A DNA stretch of 64,000 nucleotides from a virus (lineage: Duplodnaviria > Caudoviricetes): IMG/VR virus record IMGVR_UViG_2884366220_000001, positions 1 through 64,000 of that record. The stretch is one strand, 5' to 3'. The position numbers and the translations under genes were made by a program. The notes under the pieces are model-generated. The model was not told the DNA's origin. It worked only from the letters and a program-made list of their open reading frames with translations, and did not search any database. This document shows, piece by piece, positions 27,987 to 37,927 of the stretch. Every line of letters starts with the position of its first letter. The stretch's first letter is position 1.

Positions 27987-29983
27987 ATGGCCGTTTCTAT
28001 TGTTTCCAGTCCCGATCCACACGCACTCTCTCAGGGCGGACGTACTACGTTCGTTTTTCAGGGGCCGGGCGTGTGGCCAGCAGTGGACAAAAGGCGGTCT
28101 GTACGCTGGCTATCACCGGGGCTATCGCCGACGGTACCATCCTGAATTTTCGCTGGAATGGAATCACCCGCGCCGTCGTCGCCAAAACGGCACCCGCTGC
28201 CCCCAACGAGTTTGCCGCTGGGGGCAACAGCGTCGACTACGTCAACGCGCTGGCCGACTGGTTTTCCAGGAATTTTCCCTTTCAGCAGGACTTCGTGGTT
28301 ACGCGGGGCGTCGACATCGGCCCGCTTCGTACCATTCAATTCACTGCGAAGAAAGCCGGGGCTGCCTACAACATCACCCCGTTCGGAGGTTCGTTTGCCC
28401 TGGTCGGCGGCTCAACGCTGCCCTATCAGCTGACGGTGGCTACCAAAGGGGCCGACCCCGTAGTACGAAGCCAATACAGCGTGTACGCCGAACTGCACAT
28501 GCAGGGAATCGGCGAGAATGCCCCCTACGAGCTGATCTTCCCGACGTTTATCGACATCGACGATAAAGGACAGGGGATCTGGGACGTGGGTGATCTGCTG
28601 CACGCCCGGCTGGAGGACGATCTGCCCGTCTGGAATTTTCCCACGACGACCTATTGCGCCAAATCGGCCCGTAACTACCTCATCAAATACGCCGAAGCGT
28701 ACGGAAACCCCCGTCAGGTTGGGGCGCTCGCAACCGACACGACACGCCGGATCTACCGGGGCGGGGCTGACTACGTCCACCGCGCCGGCGCAGGCTTCGA
28801 TCTGTTGCCGGTCACTCAGACCAACAGCGGTGGTATTCTTCAGTACCGGGCGCTTCGGCTCGGCTCGGCCCATCGGTACGTGCGTGTCGACGAGCCCCAG
28901 TATTTAACCTTTGTTAATTCGACCGGCGTAGCGGCTGCTGCCGTTTCGCTGTCGGTTACGCTCATCTTCAGTGATAAGACGGAACTGACGGCCGTCACGC
29001 CCTACGATCCGGTGATTTTCCCGATCGGGGGCAAGTGGTGCTTCGCCGTGGGAGTCACGCAGCTGAAGTTGTTGGACAAAGTGCCGGCCGGCAAAACGCT
29101 GGTGGAATACCTGGTGCAGCTGGTCGCACCAACGGATATTTCGCCCATCTACCGGTTTACGCTGAATGTGCAGCATGAGCCGTATACGCGCTACTTCGCC
29201 TACATCAATTCGCTGGGTGCGCTCGAAACACTGGCCACCTATGGCAAGGGTTCGCGTGAGCTGAGCCTGTTCTCGGAGAGTGCCGACCGGTATCTGCCGG
29301 CCGGTTACGACGTGTCGGGCGGGCAGTTCGTGCAGTATGACTTGCAGGTGCAGCAGCAGACCGAAGTGACCACCGGTTTTCGCCGGGCGGCTGAACTGCG
29401 CGGCTGGACCGACTTCTACCGCTCGCCCCTGAAGTTTCACCTTCGCTACGCTCAGGCGCTGCCGATCGGCGTAATCAGTAAATCGATCAAACAGGGTAAA
29501 GATGGCGATACCCTGTTTGCTCATGCTTTTCAGTACCAATACCTCTACCGCGACGATTTCTACACCGTCAGCGTGGAAGAAGAAGCGGCTCAGGGGGATG
29601 CCTACCCCCCGCAGAACTTCTCAGCGGCCAGTGGCGGTACCATTTCGATTCAGCCTGTCACGGTAGTACCCAGCGTCGACAAGACCGTGCCCGACGTGGT
29701 GCGTACCCTGACGGTCGACAAGGTTCTGTCGTTTTCCGTGGCCAGTGCCAAGGTCGACCAGCTGGCGGCTCGTAATCTGCTCGACGAGCCGACCGGCCGG
29801 CTGCTGTTTCGGCCCTTCGACCAGGCGATCGACTTCATTAAGGACATCGCCAACCGGCCCAATAACCGGGACGGCTACGGCCTGTCCGACGTGCTGACCC
29901 AGAAAGAAACCCAGCAACAGATTCTGGACCTGGTCCCGCTCCGGGTAGCCTTAAAATCCTGGACTGACCAAATCGAACCCTGA
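27987..29983 (+). CDS. Tail/baseplate structural protein; probable start 27987 with a -1 frameshift near 28034
   Basis: MAVSIVSSPDPHALSQ joins the long frame (GRTYYVRF...); internal YINSLGALET motif; beta-rich. Confidence 0.65.
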
Positions 29984-29985
29984 CC

Positions 29986-30294
29986 ATGCCCGGCATTCGC
30001 ATTCAACAGCCGATCGGCCCGGACTGGGAATACAGTCTCGACGGCCAGACCTGGCAAAAGCAGCCCCTTTTTACGACTAGAGTCGATGGCTCGGCTTTCA
30101 AGCCTGGCCAGAGCTACCCGGTGCAGGTCCGTAATCTGGTACTGGGCCGGCTAGCAGTAGGTACCATCGTTTTTGGTGACCTCAGCAACGAAGGGCAGCG
30201 GGGGGTGCCCAACAATCAGCGCTATGGCCGGGGCACGTTGCTCAAACCCGGCCTGCCCGAATTCTCCTATGATTTCTCCGACGACTTTGATTAG
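29986..30294 (+). CDS. Small virion-associated protein
   Basis: EYSLDGQTWQ motif; C-terminal EFSYDFSDDFD. Confidence 0.6.
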   Translation: MPGIRIQQPIGPDWEYSLDGQTWQKQPLFTTRVDGSAFKPGQSYPVQVRNLVLGRLAVGTIVFGDLSNEGQRGVPNNQRYGRGTLLKPGLPEFSYDFSDDFD

Positions 30295-30296
30295 CC

Positions 30297-32387
30297 ATGC
30301 CTGCAACGCTGCCTGACCCCTACGTATACAGCCCCGACAATTGGCTGGCGGTACCCGATCTGACCACAAACCAGGTCCGCTACTGGCCCATGCCCTGCCA
30401 TAAGGTAACGCACCAGCTGGTGAGCGAGGAACTTGCCAACTACCTGCTGCGCACGGTACCGGGCGCTTTCAATGATCTGCTCGATGAGCTGCCCGATGGC
30501 GTGCGCGACGACGGCGATCGGCAGCCCACCACCCTGAATCTGCTGGCTGGTACCAATAACATAATCAGCCGGTATATCTGCACGGGCGGTTACACCCAGC
30601 CTAAATTCTGGCGCGCGAGTCAGGCGCTGGCCGTGGCTGTCATCAATCCCGCCCTGCTGGCCGATAATGACGGCGGTACCATCTCGCTGGAACGGCTCGA
30701 AGTACTGGGTCTCGATGATCTGCTGATGCTACTCATCAGCCAGGCTAAACCCGCGACAATATTGGCGTTGTGCAGCCGGTTGAGTAGCGCGGGTTGCGGC
30801 TCGCAGCCCGCCATTGAAGTCGCCAGCTACCTGGTAGCTGACCTGCTGGAGCCAATCGTGCCCCCATCCGGGACTACGACGCCCACGCCCACGCCCACCC
30901 CAACGCCCACCCCGACGCCCACTGTGCCCAGTAAGCCGACACTGGTACTGCGTGTAGAGGTCAACAACTGCGATAAGGTAGCGGGCTGGATCATTGACAC
31001 ATCCAATCCGAAAGTGGCCCAGTCGGTCGACATTTTTGTGAATGATAAGCTGGTCGCCACCGTCACGGCCAGCAAACTGCGCGATGACGTAGCCAAGACC
31101 TTTTCAGGCGACGTAAACAGCCTGTACGGCTTTGAGTGGATAAAGCCGGCCAGCCTGCGGGATGGCTCTTCGCATAAGACCCGCGTCTTTGGCCGCGATA
31201 ACGCTGTCGAGGCTGAATACGCCGGGTCGACCATCAGTGGCCCCTGCGGTACGGCGCCCAGTGAACCGACGCCCGCGCCGGTACGTGTGATTCAGTACCG
31301 CATCGATGGGCCATTCTCCATCCCTGAGCAGGGAGGAGATAAGCTGTTCTGGGTGACCGAGCGGCTCAGTTATCCCGATAAGGCCGAGCGCCGACGTACC
31401 GCCGTCAGCAATTTCCGGCTCAAAGAAAACGATGTGCCCTCGCTGGTGCTGACGCCCACCGCCAATTCGGCGGAAGTCATTCTCAACCTGAGCAGTATCG
31501 ACAAGACAGTTCGCAAAACACTGGTCGCTGAATTTCCCGAAGGCGGTTCGGCCGAAATGACGATCGAACTGGTCGACACGAGCTGTCACCGCCCATCGGG
31601 TCAGGATTACAAGCCACTTCTGGTGTGGAATGCCGTGCCAGCCGGGGGCGGCAATGCCCGCACCTTCGATACGCTCGACGATGCCAACAATACGCTCGGC
31701 AAGCATTTCGATGATAGCAGCCCACTGAAGCTCGACGGCTCAACCTTTGCCGCCGAAATGGCCAACTACAATGTGGGTACCGACGTGTACCTGTACTGGT
31801 CACCAGGTGTTGACTCTTGCGCCCGCGTGTCCGACCGAATCTATTATGTGCTCAACGGCGACTCCAGCAACGGCCAGAAACTGGCCATTCAGGTGGTGGC
31901 CGGCAAGATTGCCGCTGTTAAACGCTCTGATTACAGCACGCCTACCGGTGCCCCCCAGCCCCCTAACAGCTCGCTGAGTGCCATTGCCTACGGCTACACC
32001 GGGGTAAATGACCAGTACTCGGGGGATCTGCTGGTGTTCGCCAAAAACGGCACCCAGCCAGCGAACGGTATGGCCGATACCTCAACGGTGCCGACAACCG
32101 GCTTCAGCAACGGCAACCAGACGCTGGACGATAACTCCTCGATGTCGACGATCGACAACTACCTGAACCAAGCCGACGTGGTGCCCCGCTGGGTATCGCT
32201 GCTCCAGGCGGCTAAGCAGGCCGGCTACAGCTACGTAGGCCGGGGTAGTGGTATCGATAACCCCGGCGAAGCTATTCGCTACCGGGTGCGCGGTAACCGG
32301 AGCGAGACCGGCTACAAGGAATACACGTTCATCACGCCCAACTACGACGTCGCGGTTGGCCTCACCCAACTCTATCCCGCCCCATGA
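30297..32387 (+). CDS. Multidomain tail-appendage protein with (PT)n linker and Ig-like domains
   Basis: TPTPTP linker; VAGWIID...VDIFVNDK...RDDV Ig-like stretch. Confidence 0.65.
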   Translation: MPATLPDPYVYSPDNWLAVPDLTTNQVRYWPMPCHKVTHQLVSEELANYLLRTVPGAFNDLLDELPDGVRDDGDRQPTTLNLLAGTNNIISRYICTGGYTQPKFWRASQALAVAVINPALLADNDGGTISLERLEVLGLDDLLMLLISQAKPATILALCSRLSSAGCGSQPAIEVASYLVADLLEPIVPPSGTTTPTPTPTPTPTPTPTVPSKPTLVLRVEVNNCDKVAGWIIDTSNPKVAQSVDIFVNDKLVATVTASKLRDDVAKTFSGDVNSLYGFEWIKPASLRDGSSHKTRVFGRDNAVEAEYAGSTISGPCGTAPSEPTPAPVRVIQYRIDGPFSIPEQGGDKLFWVTERLSYPDKAERRRTAVSNFRLKENDVPSLVLTPTANSAEVILNLSSIDKTVRKTLVAEFPEGGSAEMTIELVDTSCHRPSGQDYKPLLVWNAVPAGGGNARTFDTLDDANNTLGKHFDDSSPLKLDGSTFAAEMANYNVGTDVYLYWSPGVDSCARVSDRIYYVLNGDSSNGQKLAIQVVAGKIAAVKRSDYSTPTGAPQPPNSSLSAIAYGYTGVNDQYSGDLLVFAKNGTQPANGMADTSTVPTTGFSNGNQTLDDNSSMSTIDNYLNQADVVPRWVSLLQAAKQAGYSYVGRGSGIDNPGEAIRYRVRGNRSETGYKEYTFITPNYDVAVGLTQLYPAP
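30879..30923 (+). repeat. (ACNCCN)n coding repeat (Pro-Thr linker)
   Basis: Seen directly. Confidence 0.85.
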
Positions 32388-33586
32388 TCCAGGCAGTCAT
32401 TCAAAATCAGGCCGCCAAAACGATCGGCTATTTCGGTGTCGATGACACCAACACTTGTGGAGATAAAGCGGGCCTGTTTCCCGAAAAGCCCACCCCGGCT
32501 CAACTGGCTAAGGTGAATACCTTACCAGCTGGACAGTACCGCTCGCTGTGCGTCCGATCGGCCAGCAAGATCACCGCGCTCTACGTGGCCCGCAACCCCG
32601 ACGGTGCGCTGTCGTTTTACGCCAGTGGGTCCGGCACTATAACGCTGGTGCTGACGGCGCTGGGGGGCGGAGGCTACAACCAGACCAAGGTGATGACTAC
32701 GGCTGACGGCCCCTACAGCCGCGACGGGCTGTTTACCGGCTCGCTGGTGTACGGTTCGCTGTTTGGTAATACGGCCGACGCCCAGTACCAGCTGCTGGCC
32801 AAAGACGACGCTGGCGGCATTGACGGCTACGTGCTGACGCTGAACGACTCGACGCCGGCGCAGGCCCTGAAAACGGCCTCGTCCAAACTGACGGCGCTCT
32901 ACGTCGCCCGCAACAGCGGAGGGTCGCTGTCATTTTACGTCAGTGGGTCGGGAACGCTCACCCTGACGCTGGCCTGCGTGGATGGCACCTCCACCTACAG
33001 CCAGACCAAAGTGATGACGACTGCCGACGGTCCTTACGGCCGTGACGGGCTGTTTACCGGTACGCTTGCCTATGGCTCCCTGTTTACCAATGTACCCAAT
33101 GCCCGGTTTGGACTAACGGTTCGCGACGATGCAGGCGGTCAGGAACAGTTCAGCTTCAGCACGACCGATACCGGGCCGTTTCAGGTACTGAAAGCCGGAT
33201 CGTCGACGGGTGGTGGCTCGGGTGGTGGCTCGGGTGGTGGCTCGGGTGGTGGCTCGGGTGGGGTGCCCAGCCCGACTATCAAGGGCAAGATTGACCACAT
33301 CAGCCCCTCGCGCCGGCCGGATTTGATGCAGATCGTAGTAACCGCTTATCAGGAAGCTGACGGTTCATGGTGGCTCAAATTCGACGATAGCGCAACAGGT
33401 ATCACCGAGAAATTCTACCGGGGTATTGGCGAAGGCTCTTGGATCACCCTGGCTCAGCTACGGGCACTGCGGGTACCAGCTGGCTACCTGTACGCCATCT
33501 CGTGTATGCAGATGTCGTCGCCCGCTGACGACAGCAAAATCAATGATCAGACGGCGCACTGCGTCCAATTTATTTACACCAGCTAG
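32384..33586 (+). CDS. Tail-region protein with ~105-aa tandem duplication and (GGGS)4 linker
   Basis: SKITALYVARN...DDAGG occurs twice. Confidence 0.7.
   Translation: MIQAVIQNQAAKTIGYFGVDDTNTCGDKAGLFPEKPTPAQLAKVNTLPAGQYRSLCVRSASKITALYVARNPDGALSFYASGSGTITLVLTALGGGGYNQTKVMTTADGPYSRDGLFTGSLVYGSLFGNTADAQYQLLAKDDAGGIDGYVLTLNDSTPAQALKTASSKLTALYVARNSGGSLSFYVSGSGTLTLTLACVDGTSTYSQTKVMTTADGPYGRDGLFTGTLAYGSLFTNVPNARFGLTVRDDAGGQEQFSFSTTDTGPFQVLKAGSSTGGGSGGGSGGGSGGGSGGVPSPTIKGKIDHISPSRRPDLMQIVVTAYQEADGSWWLKFDDSATGITEKFYRGIGEGSWITLAQLRALRVPAGYLYAISCMQMSSPADDSKINDQTAHCVQFIYTS
33209..33256 (+). repeat. Four exact copies of GGTGGTGGCTCG
   Basis: Seen directly. Confidence 0.9.
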
Positions 33587-33588
33587 AC

Positions 33589-35040
33589 ATGGGAGTACCA
33601 CTAATTAAAGACCGAACCCTGCCCCGTCAGCCCGGAAAAGAATACGAAGAGGTGCCCCTGGTGACAGATGGCTCGATGAACCTCAATTTCCGCAACGGGG
33701 AAACCTATTCGCAGGCACCGACCAACGCCTGCGACTTCCACGGCTACATCGACAAGAACATTCACTATATGCTGAATGGGGGCGTCATCACGCCGGCCGG
33801 GATGGCGTACATGCGTACGATGTTTATGAAGGATGCCAACATCCAAGACATCAATCCGGGCAAGCCGTTTAACCAGTTTACAAAGGACGAATGTTACGCA
33901 GTTGCCGAGTTCCTGTGGGCCAATAAAGGGCCATTTGGTATCGTTAGTGGCGAGGCTCAGGAGTCTGGCAGTGACTGGCGTTTCCAAACCGACTACGCTC
34001 CTCAGCAGTGTAAGTGGGTGCTGGAAGGGCTCTCTAAGCTAAAGGAAAAATACGCCCAGTTCATCAACCTCGGCGCGTCGTACGCAGGTCCTACCACGTT
34101 CTGGCCTACCAAGTCGAACCTGGCGGCCGTGAGTGATGCGTGTAGCGACTTCAACAAGCTAAAGCAGTTCCTCACTAGCTACGAATGGGGGTTTGCAAAA
34201 TACGTGTCGATGGATATGCACCTAACCGGTGCCCTGCCGCAGGTGAATTTGTACATGGTTCTCAACAACGGCTGGGACCAGTACTGGAAATCCCGGCTAG
34301 GGCTGCTCATGATGGGGCAGTTCCTGAAGGGCGTTAACCTCGACCCACGCGACCAGGGCGGCTTCGGCTGGTGGCGCTGTGCTGCCGGGATCGACCCGTT
34401 CACTGAACAATACCAGATCGATTTAGGGAATGGTCTGGTAGCAAATACAGCCGACTTTAACATTCAGAACCCGCAGTTGCAGTTTGCCACGGCCGCTATG
34501 GCCATGCAGACGATCCGGCACGTACTTGGGTGGGATAACCCCTACGTGTTTGGGATTGACCGCAACAAGATCGCCCGTCCTGACAACACCGGTCGATATA
34601 GCCTGTCAGGTTCGACAAACGGGCGAACGCTCATCGACAATGGTCGATTCAAACCCGCTCCTCCGCAGAGTGGCGTCGACTACGCATTCCCCAACGTCTA
34701 TTATGGCCCTAACGATTTAGGTGCACTCGCTGCGAAAATGCGGTGTCTGAGTACCGATTTCGTTAACGCTTGGCCCGGCCCTGTGAAGTGGCGTCCTGCC
34801 GGCACATCGACCTGGAAAACACTCGATCACACCTATTACCCGAGCAGCTGCTACAACAAGGAGCCCGACGTAAACATGGCGACCGATGGCGTCAATACAG
34901 CTGGTGGGAAGCGCGTGGTTACCATCTACGGCGCAGGCCGGGGCGGTACGATCGAGATCGACCTGGGCGGCTCGAATAACGTGGCCACGATCACCTATCC
35001 GGGTGAGGTCTATAAGCAATACGAAATCACGCTAACCTAA
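33589..35040 (+). CDS. Hypothetical aromatic-rich protein (possible glycan-active domain)
   Basis: 483-aa ORF in the tail operon; no motif firmly recognised. Confidence 0.6.
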   Translation: MGVPLIKDRTLPRQPGKEYEEVPLVTDGSMNLNFRNGETYSQAPTNACDFHGYIDKNIHYMLNGGVITPAGMAYMRTMFMKDANIQDINPGKPFNQFTKDECYAVAEFLWANKGPFGIVSGEAQESGSDWRFQTDYAPQQCKWVLEGLSKLKEKYAQFINLGASYAGPTTFWPTKSNLAAVSDACSDFNKLKQFLTSYEWGFAKYVSMDMHLTGALPQVNLYMVLNNGWDQYWKSRLGLLMMGQFLKGVNLDPRDQGGFGWWRCAAGIDPFTEQYQIDLGNGLVANTADFNIQNPQLQFATAAMAMQTIRHVLGWDNPYVFGIDRNKIARPDNTGRYSLSGSTNGRTLIDNGRFKPAPPQSGVDYAFPNVYYGPNDLGALAAKMRCLSTDFVNAWPGPVKWRPAGTSTWKTLDHTYYPSSCYNKEPDVNMATDGVNTAGGKRVVTIYGAGRGGTIEIDLGGSNNVATITYPGEVYKQYEITLT

Positions 35041-35045
35041 TCGCC

Positions 35046-35351
35046 ATGCCACTATTTGCGCTCAAACGCGAACACGAAAAAATCAAGCGGGTCGAAGATC
35101 CTGGAAACCCTGAAACGTGGCCTAACGCGCTATACGAAGAGAACACCCGCTTGCTGGCCGACCGCTACTGGTATGCCGAGCAGGTCACGGCCGACAATCC
35201 TGAAACGACCGAAGACGGCACGCCCATCGCCGAAGGCAATTACTGCATGTGGTATCGCTGGTCGGACGGTAGCTACCGCCGAACCGAGTCGGAACGTGAG
35301 TACTTCGAGAAGACCTACTTCGACGTCGACGAGCTACCTGACCAGTCCTGA
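35046..35351 (+). CDS. Hypothetical acidic protein
   Basis: ATG ORF in operon. Confidence 0.6.
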   Translation: MPLFALKREHEKIKRVEDPGNPETWPNALYEENTRLLADRYWYAEQVTADNPETTEDGTPIAEGNYCMWYRWSDGSYRRTESEREYFEKTYFDVDELPDQS

Positions 35352-35386
35352 ACCTTTATTCCATCATTCTTTAACGAGTCAACACC

Positions 35387-36151
35387 GTGGCTACCGAACA
35401 GGATACCCGTAACTTAATTACTTCCGAACTCCCCGATCGCAACGCGGCCGGCTCGACCCGCATCAAAGCAGCCGCCTTGCGAAAGGTGCTGAACTGGATC
35501 GTCGACTACATCAAGAGCTACTCCCCCACGTTCTTCAACGCGCCTAATGGCGACGGGAGCGCCCTTTTTTCGGACAATCAGCCCGGTCTGGGTCTGATGC
35601 GCTTTCTGGGCAACAAGATTATTGGTGCCTCGGACTTTGGGATGATCAACATCAACTTGGCTGGGGATGGCTTCAGCTTCTGGCAGCAGCTGACGGCCAC
35701 TAAAGACAAACTGCTGATGGCCGTGCGTCGGAATGGCGTCGCTATCGGTACCGACAATCCGGAAGAGTTATTGCACGTGGCTGGTCGCATCAAAACGTTT
35801 GGTTTGGTGGCTATCGGCGGGACGCCCACCGCCAGCCTACTCGGTACCGGACTCGGCACAGGGGGGACAGTCAGCATGGGTAGCGGAGCCACTGATCAGG
35901 CCGGTATGTTCATCATTACCACGGGCAGCAATCCGGGCGCGACGCAAATGGCCCGCATCAGCTTTGCCAACAAAGTAGCACGCACACCCACGGCCGTCAT
36001 GATTTCGGGCTGTAGTACATCGTCTGGAAACCATCTCGGAAAGCTGGTTCTCTATGCCGAGTCATCGAGCGCCCTGATACTTACGGCGAGCGATGGGTCG
36101 ATACTGCCCGCCAATTCAACATTGTCCTTCTACTACCAGGTTATCGTATGA
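35387..36151 (+). CDS. Tail fibre-like protein
   Basis: IKAAALRKVL N-terminus, GVAIGTDNPEELLHVAG repeat motif, Gly/Thr-rich tip. Confidence 0.65.
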   Translation: MATEQDTRNLITSELPDRNAAGSTRIKAAALRKVLNWIVDYIKSYSPTFFNAPNGDGSALFSDNQPGLGLMRFLGNKIIGASDFGMININLAGDGFSFWQQLTATKDKLLMAVRRNGVAIGTDNPEELLHVAGRIKTFGLVAIGGTPTASLLGTGLGTGGTVSMGSGATDQAGMFIITTGSNPGATQMARISFANKVARTPTAVMISGCSTSSGNHLGKLVLYAESSSALILTASDGSILPANSTLSFYYQVIV

Positions 36152-36600
36152 AAAATCAGCTTGTTATTCCTATCAGCGACGACCCAATCACGGGACTGCC
36201 GCGCCAGGCTTCACTGGAAGCCTTTATTATCCAGTCCGACCTGAACATGACCATCCGCGCCCGGATCAGTTACCTGACCCCGGATGGTGGGCCGAAGCTA
36301 GCCGCCATTGCGGAAGACGTGAGCCTGTCGCCCTACCAGAAACAGGTTGCCGCCGAACAGTTTGTCGATCGCATTACCAATCGTCAGACGGGCGGCTCGT
36401 TTGTACTGCCGGCGACCGGTCAGATCGTCGACGAGTCGACCGCGATGGCCGTTGCCCAGCGCGATTATTTTCAGGCCATTGACCTGGGTGACCTCAAGGC
36501 GCTGGGGCTAACGATCAACGATCAGACTACGCTGGCCGAACTGATGTATGCCGTACTAGGCATGGAAATCCGTAAGTCCGACGCCCGCAAGGAAATCTAG
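36148..36600 (+). CDS. Hypothetical protein (fibre chaperone candidate)
   Basis: ATGA-coupled to the fibre gene. Confidence 0.55.
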   Translation: MKNQLVIPISDDPITGLPRQASLEAFIIQSDLNMTIRARISYLTPDGGPKLAAIAEDVSLSPYQKQVAAEQFVDRITNRQTGGSFVLPATGQIVDESTAMAVAQRDYFQAIDLGDLKALGLTINDQTTLAELMYAVLGMEIRKSDARKEI

Positions 36601-36608
36601 TGCTCACG

Positions 36609-36666
36609 CGTCATCACGCCCGTCACGAACCGCCCGATCTGGACCTACCAGCTTCGGGCGGTTTTT
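36609..36666 (+). promoter_or_regulatory. Late promoter motif, copy 5, fused to an intrinsic terminator
   Basis: GTCATCACGCCCGTCACG-N21-CAGCTTCG; AACCGCCCGA...TCGGGCGGTT + T run. Confidence 0.8.
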
Positions 36667-36679
36667 TATCTCTAACTCT

Positions 36680-37306
36680 ATGAAGCACCTCATTTTGTGG
36701 GCGGGCCTGCTGCTCTCGCTCAGCTGCTCAGCGCAAACCATTCAGCCCTTCGACATGACCGTGTTCCGGGGCCAGATCAGCGAAAAAACCCTGCTCCTGT
36801 TGCTGGCAGACTCCTCCAGGAGTGTGAGCGCAACGGCCTACTGGGATCGGTTCGGGCGTATGCTGCCAGCTGATCAGCAGCCCATCCTGATTCGCTCCGC
36901 CCGGCCGGGAACCAGCCTGGTCGTTCGGCTGCAAAACACGCTCAATCTGCCGGCATCTGGTGGGTGGATCGAAATTCGTGTCGGTGGCCAGATCCGGGCC
37001 AGCGGCCGGCTGATCGTTACCCAGGTCCGTTCGCCAACGACGGCTTCCATCGACGCCCCCAGTGGTGTCGGCGAGGGTACGGTAAAGTTTTGGCGGCTCA
37101 GCAACGCCGTCAGCGGACAGGAAATCCGCCACGGCTCAAGCAGCCGCTTGGTCAGTGCCCAGTTCTTCCGCGACGATACCGGGCAACTAGATCCGCTAAT
37201 CCGGATCGAGATCATCGACGAGAACCGGATTCGACTCATTGCCCCGCCCGGCGAAACCGTCAATGGCCAGCTCACGACTATCATCATTCAGAAGCTTACC
37301 CAATAA
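36680..37306 (+). CDS. Signal-peptide protein, beta-rich
   Basis: MKHLILWAGLLLSLSCSA|Q. Confidence 0.75.
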   Translation: MKHLILWAGLLLSLSCSAQTIQPFDMTVFRGQISEKTLLLLLADSSRSVSATAYWDRFGRMLPADQQPILIRSARPGTSLVVRLQNTLNLPASGGWIEIRVGGQIRASGRLIVTQVRSPTTASIDAPSGVGEGTVKFWRLSNAVSGQEIRHGSSSRLVSAQFFRDDTGQLDPLIRIEIIDENRIRLIAPPGETVNGQLTTIIIQKLTQ

Positions 37307-37336
37307 TCAATCCGTAACAATTAACCATCCATCTCA

Positions 37337-37927
37337 ATGAAACCATTTCGTGGTTTACTCGCCGGCCTACTGCTGGCAACCGTTTCTCTTTCCGTCCAGG
37401 CGCAGACGCAGGTAGCCAAGCGAGACACGGCCGCTACGACCCAGGCCAATCGACTCCAGTTGGGAGCCGATGACACGCGTATGGGTCAAAAAGGATCTAC
37501 GGGCAACTTCCGGGGCTTCGCTTTCAAAGACGAAGTTGTTGCTGCCCAGGGGTCGGCCGTGCAGACGGTCAATAACAAAACGCCAACGGCGGGCAACATC
37601 AATATTTCTGCCACTGATGTCGGCCTGGGTAACGTCAGTAATACCTCCGACGCTAACAAGCCAGTTTCAACGGCTCAGCAGCAGGCGTTCGATCTGAAGG
37701 CCAATCAGGCCACATCGGTTTACAGTGACGCGGTGGCCAGCTATTCTGCCCTTTCCAGCTACACAGTGCCCAACGGGAAAGCCTACCTGATCACGGTGCG
37801 AAGCGATGAACGCTACAAGAAGAGGGATGGCAGTAACTCGATCAATACGCTGTACTGGAAATCGGTCTCCAGCGACGGCTCGACGACGACTCTGTATAAA
37901 GTCACCTTTATCGACGAGTCGAATTGA
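37337..37927 (+). CDS. Signal-peptide protein with phage tail-fibre repeat
   Basis: MKPFRGLLAGLLLATVSLSVQA|Q; VQTVNNKT and DVGLGNVSNTSDANKPVSTAQQ. Confidence 0.8.
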   Translation: MKPFRGLLAGLLLATVSLSVQAQTQVAKRDTAATTQANRLQLGADDTRMGQKGSTGNFRGFAFKDEVVAAQGSAVQTVNNKTPTAGNINISATDVGLGNVSNTSDANKPVSTAQQQAFDLKANQATSVYSDAVASYSALSSYTVPNGKAYLITVRSDERYKKRDGSNSINTLYWKSVSSDGSTTTLYKVTFIDESN

